Shown piece after piece: positions 30,601 through 40,560 of a DNA stretch of 64,000 nucleotides. The translations under genes were made by a program, and so were the position numbers. The DNA is taken from NCBI GenBank assembly GCA_051294905.1, contig CM119371.1, positions 62,001 through 126,000 on the forward strand, written 5' to 3'. The notes under the pieces were generated by a model. The model had not been told where the DNA came from and did no database searches. It saw nothing but the letters and a program-made list of their open reading frames with translations. This DNA is from Botryllus schlosseri (taxonomy: Eukaryota). The number at the start of each line of letters is the position of its first letter. The first letter of the stretch is position 1.

Positions 30601-33130
30601 CTACTTGGTTTCTACACTTTGGATATTGCGAAGTAGAAAGTAGCTTTGAGATTGAGAATTGCTGTGGTGTTGAGGGTTGAAGCCACTCATCCGTGAGATG
30701 GTCTACAATAGGGGTTGGCAGTTATTTTCCCTGCGGACCGAATGTGAAGCAGGATTACGTTTACCAGCCGGGACAGACGTTTACTCTATATTCTGCAGCG
30801 TGGTAGTTTTATTTCTATTAAACTAAAAGCAGGGAATTTCATTGCTAGCATATTCTATTAAGTGGCTGCGTCCGGAGCTCCGAGTGCCTTGGTAAAATAG
30901 CGTTGCTGTTATGCTGGCTTCGCTTACAGGTCTTCCTCGTTAGCCGAATGTATGTTCTTCGTTGCATGTTTTATCTCATATTGACGACTCAAATTTGATA
31001 CCTCAAACACGGAGACCTGGTCGGTAGCCATCATAAACTAAAGACATCGGTTCACGGTTGACTTCAGCAAACAAATATAAGACGCTTAACATCTTGTGGA
31101 AATGTGGGCCAACGACCGCACCTGTCATTGCTGGATATAACATCGTTCCTGAGAGAGAATGACCGCGAATCTGATGCAGTGATGACACTATACTACAATA
31201 TAGGATATGTAAACGTAGAAGTAACAGTTGAAGTACATCACTGACACGCGGTCCAATGAGGCAGATGAGGCAGTGCCTCACGTGTCGTCTGAGTGAGTAA
31301 GTGAAAATCGTGAAAACCCTCGATGAGACGATGATTATTGATGTTTTACATCGATGTTCATAAATAACTAAATTTGAACATTTTTTCACCCAACATCATC
31401 AATTTGCATACTTAATATTCAAAAATACAGCGCGGTATTATATAGAGGTGCAGCACAGGTGAGGCACGGGCGGGTCGTGCCTCACATGCGACAGTGCAAT
31501 TCATCATAAACCGCTTGGAATTCATAATAACTGGTATCAATCTAATGCTATCGCCTCACTGCTTCCGAAAATCCAAAGCTTGCCTCTCCTGCTATGAACC
31601 TCACCGCACGTCACTGAAGCACATATCTTGTATTTCCGAATGTGACAATGACAACAAACGAGATTTGACCTTTAATATGGAAACAGTGACACGTAACTTT
31701 AATTGTTACGACATTCTTTGTTATATTAGCTTCATTTTGGAGACGGATTACTCATGTGGCGTAGGCTACGTAACGACGGTACTTAAATAAACTAGACTCC
31801 GAAGTAAAAGCATTTCCGGTGCAGTTTATACAGCTGATATTATTGCATTGGATATTAATAAATACATATTATGGTATAAATCCCAAGTAACCGCATTTGA
31901 CCCGCGAGCCGTCCAATGCCGAGGCCTGGTCTACAAGAACCTCTGTTATGGTAAGATTGCTGCTATTTGCAGTGTCATTAATTGCAAAGATACATCAGTC
32001 AATTTCGAGAGTATGGACATTGGACAACTGTAATTAACTGCCAAAATCATGCGACTCTTCGACATAATCTACTTTTCGAAACCACTGAATTCGGTATACT
32101 TTCCATAGCTTTCACTGTTGGTTGTTGTTTGTGGTATGTTTGTGGCTTGTTTATGGTTTGTTGGTTGTGGTATGTTTGTGGTTTGTTGTTAGTGGTATGT
32201 GGTACTATGGTCATTTACACCAGGCCAATTTTCCTTATTTTTATTGCGTAGATACCGGCATGTAGCACGACCCTCTTCTAGGCTTTTATAAGACATCGCT
32301 TACACGGATGAGATGGCACGGAGGAGCCTATATAAACCTCAAACACTTAAATAGGGATTCTGGAGTCGACCTCGGTCGGACTTCGAACCCGTCACCCGTT
32401 GTTGTTGCTACTGTGGATTTTACCACCACCCTATCTCGCCACCCCCATAGTTTCCATCTTCTACTGCCATTAGAAATGGTTATTTTGGTATCGCTATTTC
32501 TACTTGAATATGAGTAGAAACTCGCACCTAATGTTTTACCTCTACTCGAGTAGCGATGCTGACGACTTTGACCACCTATGCACTTTAACCCCTAAATTCC
32601 CATCATATTTCATACAAATCGAATAGAAATTAAAATCGTTGCTGGTATGTAGAAGCACCAGTAACTTATTGAATACAGTTCGACTTCACTAAATAGACAC
32701 CTATTCTGAGGGACGCCCAACCAATGTTCCCTCTATACTGTACAAGTGCGCAAATGCGCAGTGCTAACACGGTCTGTGTGCACAGAAAATCTAAGTCACG
32801 CACAAAAAACTGTAGTGATTAGTTTTTTTTAGTCGCTACGCACTGTCTTCCAAGGGTCTGCGAAGTGAGTTGGTGAGTGTGCGCAGACTCGTCACAAAAT
32901 TAGAGGGAATATTGCACCCAACGAATATCATGTAATCTCGCTGACTGCGATGTTTCTCTCGAATGCAGGCAAAGTTTTTCGAAAGCAAATACAGACAGAA
33001 AAAAGAAGAGAGTTTGACGTTTCGTGATTACAAGTACGCCACTTTTCAAGAGGGAAGAATTAAAGTTCAACTGAAAGCTGAAGCTGGCAAGGAAACCGTC
33101 ATTACGAGAATGTCAACCTTTCAGAGATGA
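483..33130 (+). CDS. Integrin alpha chain with alpha-I (vWA) domain and a MAM-like domain before propeller blade 2; 25 exons, 5'-partial
   Basis: Exons 483-627, 2013-2146, 2896-3033, 4595-4724, 4992-5129, 10359-10529, 10988-11152, 12416-12500, 12584-12684, 13283-13459, 13832-13990, 15534-15683, 16066-16287, 17456-17574, 20145-20267, 20729-20953, 24983-25156, 26033-26181, 26670-26817, 27537-27620, 28292-28430, 29019-29125, 30042-30134, 30197-30331, 32969-33130. All have AG/GT borders and compatible phases; total 3573 nt. MIDAS DGSDS..T..TDG; Ca-binding FG-GAP motifs [53 protein letters not shown] followed by AKFFES. Confidence 0.93.
2013..2146 (+). CDS. Integrin exon: FG-GAP blade 2
   Basis: [45 protein letters not shown]; ttccag / gtaag borders. 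Confidence 0.9.
2896..3033 (+). CDS. Integrin exon: alpha-I domain start (MIDAS DxSxS)
   Basis: [46 protein letters not shown]; tttag / gtaagc. Confidence 0.93.
3086..4068. mobile_element. Non-autonomous hAT-type element with GAGTC/AAGTC subterminal repeats
   Basis: TIR CAGTGTTGGGAT / ATCCCCACACTG; 8-bp TSD ATATATAT; pentamer arrays near both ends. Confidence 0.8.
4595..4724 (+). CDS. Integrin exon: alpha-I domain
   Basis: [43 protein letters not shown] (MIDAS Thr). Confidence 0.92.
4992..5129 (+). CDS. Integrin exon: alpha-I domain
   Basis: [46 protein letters not shown] (TDG motif). Confidence 0.93.
5419..6417. mobile_element. Non-autonomous hAT-type element
   Basis: TIR TAGGGATGGTGTGAAC / GTTCACACCATCCCTA; perfect 8-bp TSD CTGTTCGT. 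Confidence 0.9.
7221..9750. mobile_element. Older hAT/Charlie-like element hosting a nested relative
   Basis: Ends CAGGGGTTGGCAAACT / AGTTTGCCCACCTCTG; internal sequence homologous to the 7720-8991 and 57610-58897 elements; no clear TSD. Confidence 0.5.
7720..8991 (+). mobile_element. Non-autonomous hAT (Charlie-like) element, copy 1
   Basis: TIR CAGTGGTTCCCAAC / GTTGGGAAACACTG; 8-bp TSD GTTTAGTA; same family as 57610-58897. Confidence 0.88.
10020..10219 (-). mobile_element. Degenerate tRNA-derived SINE
   Basis: Minus strand: A-box-like TGGCGCAATTGTGG, B-box-like GGTTCCATTC, then GGTCACACCAAAGAC...GCTCAGCAT, which resembles a SINE central domain. Confidence 0.55.
10359..10529 (+). CDS. Integrin exon: alpha-I domain end
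   Basis: [55 protein letters not shown]; donor at 10523 or 10529 (both phase 1, both weak). Confidence 0.88.
10988..11152 (+). CDS. Integrin exon: FG-GAP blade 3
   Basis: [54 protein letters not shown]. Confidence 0.88.
11295..11486. mobile_element. hAT-type MITE, copy 1
   Basis: TIR CAATTTTCCCTCT / AGAGGGAAAATTG; TSD GTGCTGAG; second copy at 32722-32914. Confidence 0.85.
12416..12500 (+). CDS. Integrin exon: blade 3-4 linker
   Basis: [29 protein letters not shown]; phase 1 to 2. Confidence 0.8.
12584..12684 (+). CDS. Integrin exon: FG-GAP blade 4
   Basis: [33 protein letters not shown]. Confidence 0.87.
13283..13459 (+). CDS. Integrin exon: FG-GAP blade 5 (Ca-binding)
   Basis: [45 protein letters not shown]. 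Confidence 0.95.
13832..13990 (+). CDS. Integrin exon: FG-GAP blade 6 (Ca-binding)
   Basis: [33 protein letters not shown]. Confidence 0.95.
14346..14830. mobile_element. hAT-type MITE (TAGGGCTGGG termini), copy 1
   Basis: TIR TAGGGCTGGG / CCCAGCCCGA; near-TSD ATAGTAAC/ATTGTAAC; inverted homolog at 28481-28995. Confidence 0.75.
15534..15683 (+). CDS. Integrin exon: FG-GAP blades 6-7
   Basis: [50 protein letters not shown]. Confidence 0.94.
16066..16287 (+). CDS. Integrin exon: blade 7 end / thigh
   Basis: [20 protein letters not shown]...[12 protein letters not shown]. Confidence 0.92.
16718..16842. repeat. Small imperfect hairpin (~125 bp), probable MITE
   Basis: AATATAGCTTT...AAAAGAATATTTATT..CTCGAA mirrored by TTCGAG..AATAAATATTCTTTT...AAAGCTATATT. 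Confidence 0.6.
17456..17574 (+). CDS. Integrin exon: thigh
   Basis: [14 protein letters not shown]...CVTETLAFK; tgcag / gtaaat. Confidence 0.85.
17590..19217. mobile_element. hAT/Charlie-type non-autonomous element
   Basis: TIR CAGTGGTTCTCAAC / GTTGAGAACCACTG; TSD TCCTTGTT/TCCTAGTT. Confidence 0.85.
17697..18469. mobile_element. Nested hAT-type element
   Basis: TIR TAGGGTTACCATATTT / AAATATGGCAACCCTA; degenerate TSD ATGCAATC/GTGCAGTC. Confidence 0.7.
19570..20061. mobile_element. Degenerate hAT/Charlie-type MITE
   Basis: 5' CAGTGGTTTCCAACC; decayed 3' TIR; TSD TTCTGGTT/TTCTAGTT. Confidence 0.6.
20145..20267 (+). CDS. Integrin exon: thigh
   Basis: [41 protein letters not shown]. Confidence 0.83.
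20729..20953 (+). CDS. Integrin exon: genu / calf-1
   Basis: [18 protein letters not shown]...[25 protein letters not shown]...GLYFSHITQ. Confidence 0.9.
21323..23783. mobile_element. Non-autonomous TIR element with (GATTAC)n subterminal repeats
   Basis: TIR CAGACATGGGGT / ACCCCATGTCTG; direct repeat CTACGGG (or GCTACGGGC if the terminal C/G are counted as flank). Confidence 0.8.
22486..22730 (+). mobile_element. Degenerate SINE related to the 37978 SINE
   Basis: Shares GGAGGTTT.TCT.GGCTCCT...TCGCCG.CCTCA and GCCGTGCT.CAAGT.GGCAG with 37978-38352. Confidence 0.55.
24983..25156 (+). CDS. Integrin exon: calf-1
   Basis: DDAACVTV...[17 protein letters not shown]. Confidence 0.8.
26033..26181 (+). 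CDS. Integrin exon: calf-1
   Basis: [50 protein letters not shown]. Confidence 0.85.
26670..26817 (+). CDS. Integrin exon: calf-2
   Basis: [49 protein letters not shown]. Confidence 0.87.
27537..27620 (+). CDS. Integrin exon: calf-2
   Basis: [28 protein letters not shown]. Confidence 0.87.
28292..28430 (+). CDS. Integrin exon: calf-2
   Basis: [13 protein letters not shown]...EVLLDCDQ. Confidence 0.85.
28481..28995. mobile_element. hAT-type MITE (TAGGGCTGGG termini), copy 2
   Basis: TIR TAGGGCTGGG / CCCAGCCCTA; reverse-complement homolog of 14346-14830. Confidence 0.75.
29019..29125 (+). CDS. Integrin exon: calf-2
   Basis: [36 protein letters not shown]. Confidence 0.87.
30042..30134 (+). 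CDS. Integrin exon: calf-2
   Basis: [31 protein letters not shown] (alternative in-frame acceptor at 30048). Confidence 0.75.
30197..30331 (+). CDS. Integrin exon: transmembrane helix
   Basis: [45 protein letters not shown]. Confidence 0.93.
30709..31928. mobile_element. hAT/Charlie-type non-autonomous element
   Basis: Degenerate TIRs TAGGGGTTGGCA / TGCCGAGGCCTG; perfect 8-bp TSD GTCTACAA. Confidence 0.7.
32722..32914. mobile_element. hAT-type MITE, copy 2
   Basis: TIR CAATGTTCCCTCT / AGAGGGAATATTG; TSD CGCCCAAC/CACCCAAC; homolog of 11295-11486. Confidence 0.8.
32969..33130 (+). CDS. Integrin terminal exon: cytoplasmic tail
   Basis: [57 protein letters not shown]; FF sits at the GFFKR position. 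Confidence 0.85.
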   Translation, partial: AKFFESKYRQKKEESLTFRDYKYATFQEGRIKVQLKAEAGKETVITRMSTFQR

Positions 33131-35174
33131 AATACATTATAACATTACCTACATCGGTGATTCTCAACCGCTGGTATAGGTCCGTGTCAAATTCCCTTGT
33201 CGGCCCGGATAATATATTCGAATTTTATATCGTAGCCTACTTGCAAATGCAAATTGATTTCCTGTCCACAGGTGAAATTGAACATAAATGTTTTCATTGA
33301 TTAATAAATTCGGATGGTATTTTTCCACACCTTGTTGTGATAACTTAACGTGCGCCACGATGCTGCAAGGGTTGTACCAGATTATTCAGAAGGAACCTAC
33401 AACTCGTTTAAGAGACCAGTTATGGAGATTTGTATGGAAGCTAGGAAGGCTTTTTCCTGGAAATTCTTTAATTTCAATCGTATAATTTAGCGATAAGTTG
33501 CACTTCTTTTAAAAGAAACTAAGCAGTCAAAATCCAGTTATATGCTTGTTCTATCAATTATAAAGAGGTCACATAGCTTATGACTTTTGTGAGAGTTTGC
33601 AAATGTACCCCTAGCAAACTAAATTTCTTGCCCACGTTTTCCGAAATATAACGCTAGCATACTTTGGAATATTCGACTTTGAAACGAAGTCATCATAGTC
33701 ATGAAATATAAAATGATTACTTCCTACAGTGGTTTGAAATATGGTGGATGACAAACGCCGCATGCGAATCAAATTAAATATACCTTTTCACCTTCCTTTC
33801 TGTAGTGTTCTCCCATCCCCGTTCTGATGCTCAGGTTTTACAAATGCAATGATAGACTTGAAAAGGGTAATTTGAGATGAGTAAATGAGTAAAACTAATG
33901 TGGCAGCGCGCTGTTAGCGGTAACGTCGAGATATCATCTATAAAAAATTACACAAAACAAATTTATTGTTAGAATATATTTTAGAATAAAATTTGACTTC
34001 GATGCAACCATCAGGGGTATTGCGACAGCAGCTCAACTGTCCGATTCCTCCGCCAATGTGTGGGTCAAACTCATTAGCTTCATTAGCCAACACCAAAGTG
34101 TCCTTTGCCAATTCTTTCAGAAGAGATAATTAGATATAATGTAGTTACAATTCGTCTTGGAGGCCGGCCTGGCGGGATGTTGCTGCGAGACAAGCTACGT
34201 ATTTTGAATTACAAGGATCTTTTGTCAAATAGATGTTGTGTGATGATCATCCAAAAATTGATATTAATATTCCTGTAACCGCTACATTCACAAAGTCTAC
34301 AATTTTAAAGCTCTTCTTGGTAGTTTACAGAGTTACTTTAAGCAAAATATAAGCTGTAACGCTACAGCGGTCGAATATCATTAGTTTTTATATCAGATTG
34401 GAATAATTATTATAAATAGTATTTTGCTTCATATGCCAGTTGCACAACTTTTTTTGTCTTAAATTAGATATTTACTAGGGTGGCAGAGTCTGATTCTCAC
34501 TTTGAGATTTGAACATAGACCTGTCAGTGAACGATTTTCGGCGTATGCAATCGATTTGACATCTTGAAAACTGCATCATTGTCATGGTTCCGGAAAAAAC
34601 TACCAAAGCATGAAATGTATGGAAAACAATTCCATACAATACTTGGAAAAATCCATACCATACCATATTCGCACATTTCCATATTCCATACCGACATTTT
34701 GTTGCAAACCATACCACACTTCCATACCACGCCCTGATTGTATATATAAATAAACCTACAGGCATCGTACCTCCACGCGCGACATTGACTGTAACAATAT
34801 ACTTGCTTGAGGACCTTGTTGACAGGTCACATTTAGATTGGAGAAATTTCCGCGCAGTTAACAATGTCGAGTACCAATGCACCTTGGAAAAGCAGCACAA
34901 CACGTGGTTTGTCAGAAAGTGTATTTCTAGTGTCACTAGGATCAACTGTATGAGTGGATTCGTCAACAAAATGAGAACGTGCATTTCTTCATCAATGTAA
35001 TGGCTTGATGTATCAATGGGTCTGACACAAATAATGACTGAGCCGCAAAAAACAACGACGTTATGACTTTTTTCTTATAGGTATGCGATATTCAAAAGCA
35101 CTGGTGACAACGATTCGAGAACTCTAATCTAGATTCTAAGAATACGAGAGTAGTTAAGTAGATCGGTCGTGACG

Positions 35175-35450
35175 GGCTATCGGGTTCTTATGGGCGGGGT
35201 GGCACGGTGCCGAGAAACCGGGGGTGGCACGGTGACCCTTATCTCTTATGGCGGGGGTGGCACGGTGCCATTGTGTCTTATGGCGGGGGTCGCATGGTTA
35301 CCTTTTCGGGTATACGCGCGGCGGCACGGTGCCGTGAAAACTCGTGGTGGTATGGTTACCTTTTCAGGTATAGGCGCGGTGACATGGTGACCTTTCAGGA
35401 GAGATGATTTGACTAACGTTGTGGGTATAGGCGCGGCGGCACGGTGTTGA
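35175..35450. repeat. GC-rich subterminal tandem repeats (~30 bp) of the outer element
   Basis: Repeated TTATGGCGGGGGTGGCACGGTG-like units just inside the terminus. Confidence 0.75.
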
Positions 35451-35946
35451 ATATGTATCAAGTAAATAGTCATGTGATTGGTCCTTAGGTAATGTGTATA
35501 TTCCAAATTACGGCGAGTACGACAATGATATATCGTTATTCTTATGGACGCGGCGATGATTCGTACTTTCGAGTATCTCTCGCATGGTGTTGAATATGTA
35601 CGAGTCACCAACAATAACCACGCGGACGGAAACGTGGCTTGTTGCGAGGATTAAGCAGTGCGACCTATATTTCGAATGACCTGTGCGGTGAATTGTTTCC
35701 CATGCAGCTGTGTGCTACTATCGCTTATTACACTATTCCATTCAGTGCGAAATAGTTTGATCGTAAATTATGATATATGATGTCGTAGTTTAGTCGTGTC
35801 AAATGACCGATCGTGTTCTCTTTCCTCGCTATTGATTGCTACCTGAATAATACTTTCGGCTTATTCGCTGTTTCACACCTACAGAATAGTCCACTGTTCA
35901 CAGTTGCAACAAGAATCACAAGTATACACATTTACACATTCGTTTA

Positions 35947-36317
35947 TTACTCTGAAATCAAACTCTTCACAAAAGCACGTACAATCGTATCATTCACTTT
36001 TTGATCATCGCCAAAATTATCCAAGTATTCCTCGGCTGAAAACCCTTGAGCTCTTTTTATCAAGAATGCAATAGCATGATCTCCACACACATCCGAAGTT
36101 TTACTCTGTAACTGTTTCCCAGTCACAGAAAATTCATCCGGCTCCAGGAATTCGATTATCTGAGGTTTTAGTGGTCCGAAGCCTAGTGAATCATGAAAAT
36201 GAGTATCGCCATCTCTGTATATACACACACCCAGCGAGACCCAGGCAAACTCGACTCGTCGTAATTAATGATGATAGCGAATTTTCCGTTAGTTGGTTTC
36301 TTCGGTATCTGGTCTAG
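35947..36317 (-). pseudogene. Adenain-type (Polinton/adintovirus) cysteine protease, 5'-truncated and frameshifted
   Basis: LDQIPKKPTNGKFAIIINYDESSLPGSRW / VCIYRDGDTHFHDSLGFGP...QLQSKTSDVCGDHAIAFL. Matches the N.D....G.HW...DS.G...Q.....CG pattern. The catalytic His position reads CGC (Arg) and there is a 2-nt frameshift in the GT run at ~36223-36230. Confidence 0.82.
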
Positions 36318-37788
36318 ATTTAATAATTAACGAATAACAGAACCGTCGCAGACGGTGATTCGAATACCGACAAATTCTCACTTATTTCTGATCCAACCCT
36401 AATCCTTTGCGAAGTGGATGCTTATTCAAAAACGTGTGAAATAATTGTAAAACCCTACGGTCGCTGACAGGATAATGCATCAGACATAGCGATCTAGTTA
36501 TAGTACGGTGTCGGAATCCATTCGCGAGATGTTCTAGAGGTAAATTGAGATAATCCGAAACCGAATATTTTGACTTTGGCGTAGTGTGAATTGAAATAGG
36601 ATTGACAAACATGACTACCAACTTTCCCACAGGCCCGTTTCGATATTATACACACATTGATTTGAAACAAGTAATGTAACATTGCAACTCTATTCACGGC
36701 CCCGCTTTCCGTTTGTCAAAGAGATATTTTAACATCTTACCATACTGAAAAGAATTATTCACAACAATAACAATTGTTAAAAATCTAGTTTTCACTTACT
36801 TGATTATATCACTACAACTCATAAATTTGAATTAATTCATCCTGGTTGTATTCGTATGATCGGTCTTTCTTTTTTTCATTCGATTGTAAAGCTCGTTACT
36901 ATTCTGAAGACAAAGTATTTACTAATCGGTGCATACACGATTCGACTTGAACATATTATATTTTGAGTATACGAGATTTGAATGTCTGAACAATAACTGA
37001 GAAATAATTTATCACAATTAAATCCGTAAAAGATATTTGAATGTCAGCAACTCGGTAAGGTCGTAGTTACTACCACATTACCTAATTTACCCGACCAACT
37101 CGTCATGATCATTCCCGAAATCAACACAAACATGACTACTGACTTGAGTCAACCACAAAACAGCATCAAGTTTTAAATCCGCTTGTAGCTTACGGCTTAT
37201 TTGAATGCGGGTTATGTTTTGTTGTAATTGAGTGTACGGAAATAGTATTACGCCTCGACATCTCACCATCTTGCCATCAACAAAAGAGTAAAATACACAA
37301 ACCTTGTCAAGTCAATCCGTTTGTAACTCACCGAACCAAAGCAAAAAGTGTCCATACGAAAAGTAGACAAGACTACGCAAGTAATCACTACAACCCACAA
37401 ACATATCAAGTTCGGTTTTAGCCATATACCACCAACTCGTCTTTTTTGTTCAACTGTAAAAGTCGTTACTATTTTTCAAGACAAAGTAATTACTACTCGA
37501 TAGATTTTGTAAGACAAAAGTAATTACTACTCGATGCAGACGCCTTGAGATTAACCTAACATGTTTGAGTATACAAGATTTGAAAGTCTGGCCATCGTAG
37601 TTGAGAATTCATTTCTTACAATCGAACGTAGGTGTTATATCGAAAATTACCAGGATTGTCACATCGATTTGACATATGGGGTTTTGTAATGGTCTATCAT
37701 GACTTGATTACTAATTTATTTGTGTTAATTAGACTCACCGATGTGGTGAAGGTTATTACGACAGCAACAAACTTTTCACTATCATGGC

Positions 37789-38467
37789 TATTAACATATT
37801 GAGTTGTAAAACTATACGTGTCTGAAATGTTCTTGATTGACAAATCATTCCACCTTGGTACAAATCACTCTGGGTATCGCGGATATCAGAAAATACTTTA
37901 CAAATGTAATCGTTTAAGTTACCAAGACATTAACATTATTATTAACATATTGAGTTGTAAAACTATACGTGTCTGAAGGGGAAGCGAGTGGCGCAGTTGG
38001 TTAAACACTGCGGTCACGACACCAATGGACGTGGGTTCGAATCACGGTTCTGACCCACTTCTACGTGTCGGAGGTTTCTCTGGGCTCCTCATCGCCGACC
38101 TCACTGCAACTGCAGTGCATTGAAAAGCCCAGACTGAAAGTGAGCCGTGCTACAAGTCGGCAGCAACGACCGCGATGGGAACGCTTGGGAGCGAGAGAGA
38201 ATGAAGAATGACTGCGAGAGAGATTGAAAGACGTTCCCAAGAATACTAAAAGCAAAGACCTCTGAACATTATGAAATTCGTGTCGTGGAGCACAAGGCCT
38301 AACCGGCGATAAGCTCCAACTGTGTTGTACCCATTAATACATACATACATACATACGTGTCTGAAATGTTCTTGATTGACAAATCATTCCACCTTGGTAC
38401 AAATCACTCTGGGTATCGCGGATATCAGAAAATACTTTACAAATGTAATCGTTTAAGTTACCAAGAC
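37789..38467 (+). repeat. ~140-bp tandem duplication, second copy interrupted by a SINE
   Basis: TATTAACATATTGAGTTGTAAAACTATACGTGTCTGAA...GTTACCAAGAC occurs at 37789-37928 and again at 37940-38467. Confidence 0.8.
37978..38352 (+). mobile_element. Full-length tRNA-derived SINE
   Basis: A box TGGCGCAGTTGG, B box GGTTCGAATCAC, (CATA)n tail, 13-bp TSD ATACGTGTCTGAA. Confidence 0.9.
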
Positions 38468-39516
38468 TAAAGATGAAACAACAATTCCGTTTGCTGGCTA
38501 ACAACCGGGTAATACTTTATTGTCAGAATCTGTGACGGTGAATTGAAACATACTCATCTTACGCAGTACGAGTAAATCACTTTGGACTCCGGGCGGCGTC
38601 GTTTAATCCGTGTTAAACTCTGTTCACACTCTCTGTCGAATGTGTGAAATGTAAAACATTACGAGGTTACACTCTAAGACTTTGATCAACAGAGAAACAA
38701 TTTTGAATATCTTTACTGGATGGATCCTATTCAACCGACCTTGGTTAATACAAAACTCATAACAATAATAAAATCGAAGTATGTGCTACACTGAAATCTA
38801 GAAAAATGTGTTTGTATTGTTGTTCATAGTAGTGATATCGATTTGAACCTGCGGAATAATTGTCATCATCTAACCAAACTAATGAAAGTCGTTGTCACAT
38901 TGTATGATGTTCACTGAATGCATACTAGTACTATTTGTGCAACACACACGAGCAGAGAAATTGGAAATTTTCCCATTGCCATTTGTCAAAGTAAATGTCG
39001 TCACAATACTCAGTCACTAAAAGACCATATACTTGTATGTGATTGAATCACCAACAATTAACTCGCTAAATCAAATCGTAAGGCAATTTCACGCACTCAG
39101 CGGATATTATACAACGTCGCTTTATCGGTGTGGGTCGTTTTTTCTAAATACAAATCATATCTGTCCAGTAGAAAACAATTTTCACTCACTTGGGTAACGA
39201 AACCAGTGTGCAATATCAACACAAGATATTTTCGTGACACAAAAAATAATCAACTTTACTCAATATTCTCGTAAAACGAAACTGTACAATGGTTTCATAT
39301 TTTTTGTATGACATGGAATTAATACCGATCGAAGTAGCCGCATTGGAAATGATTTTTAAACAAACACACTCTACGTGGTTAACATTCTCATCGATTCTAT
39401 TGTGACCAATGTATACTTCATGTGCTCTGGATTCATTTCGATATGGTTAAGCATTCAGCCTCGACAGTAGTTAAGTAGATCGGTCACGATTCGTACATTT
39501 TTGCATGGGGTAGTAT

Positions 39517-39760
39517 AGGCGGGGTCGCATGCTAACGCGAAAACCGGGGTGGCATGCTAACGTTTTCGTCTTATGGTGGGGTGGCATGCTAACGTTTTCG
39601 TCTTACGGCGGGGGTGGCATGCTAACGTTTTCGTCTTATGGCGGGGGTGACATGCTAACGTTTCGTCTTATGGGTGCGGTCGCATGATAACGCGAAACTC
39701 GTGGTGGCATGCTAATGTTTTTAGGTATACGTGCGGCGACATGCTAACGACGATAAATGT
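39517..39760. repeat. GC-rich subterminal tandem repeats (~32-33 bp), inner element left end
   Basis: GCATGCTAACGTTTTCGTCTTATGGCGGGGGTG units; mirrored at ~55270-55512. Confidence 0.85.
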
Positions 39761-40248
39761 GTCTGTCGTGTATTCTTACGGGATCTGTGGTGATTCACCA
39801 TGTGTTCTTATGGGTGCGGTCGTGATTCGCACTTTCAGACATCTCTCGCGTGGTGTTGAATATGTACGAGTCACCAACAATAACCGCGCAAACGGAAACG
39901 TGGTTTGTTGTGAGGATTACGCGTGCGACCTATATTTCGAATGACCTGTGCGCTGAATTATTTCTCGTCCAGCCGCTACTATCGATTATTACACTATGTC
40001 ATTCAGTGCGAAATAGTTTGCTAAATCTAGGAATCAGTCGCATGGTGTTACTTTAGTAATTAGTTTACCACAGAGCCGGCGTAGCCGGTGATTCGAATAC
40101 CGACAAATTTTCACTTATTTCTGACCCAACCCTAATCCTCTGTGAAGTCGACGCTTATTCAAAAAGGTGTGAAATAATTGTAAAATCCTAATCCGAAACC
40201 GCTTATTTCGACTTTGGCGCAGTGCGCATTGAAATAGGATTGACAAAC

Positions 40249-40560
40249 ATGACTACCAACTTCCCCACAGTCCCGTTTCGATATTATACACACATTGATT
40301 TGAAACAAGTAATGAAACATTACAACTCTATTCACGGTCTGGCTTTTCGTTTGTCAAAGAGATATTTTTACATCTTACCATACTCAAAAGAATTATTCAC
40401 AACATTACCAATTGTTAAAAATCTAGTATTCAATTACTTGATTATATCACTGCAACTCATGAATTTTAAATTAATTCATCCTGGTTGTATTCGTGAAAAC
40501 CAAAAATTTGTCACTAGCCCGCGATCGCTATATGTTTCACACCTCGCGAAAAGTGGCTGA
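40249..40560 (+). CDS. Hypothetical element ORF (103 aa, MTTNFPTVPFRYY...); mirror copy on the minus strand at 54468-54779
   Basis: Open in very AT-rich DNA, with CAAACATG start context; the outer-element homolog (36611-36850) shows synonymous changes plus stops. Confidence 0.4.
   Translation: MTTNFPTVPFRYYTHIDLKQVMKHYNSIHGLAFRLSKRYFYILPYSKELFTTLPIVKNLVFNYLIISLQLMNFKLIHPGCIRENQKFVTSPRSLYVSHLAKSG

Noticed and set aside
32110..32205. TG-rich low-complexity tract producing ORF 31982-32251
   Set aside because: Simple degenerate intronic repeat.
33960..35100. Possible minus-strand exons or gene between the integrin and the Polinton-like element
   Set aside because: Only short open frames with no recognisable motif or consistent splice chain; the 169-aa ORF 34475-34984 runs through a repetitive CCATAC-rich segment.
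37978..38060. Functional tRNA gene
   Set aside because: The tRNA-like head runs into a SINE body with a (CATA)n tail and a 13-bp TSD.
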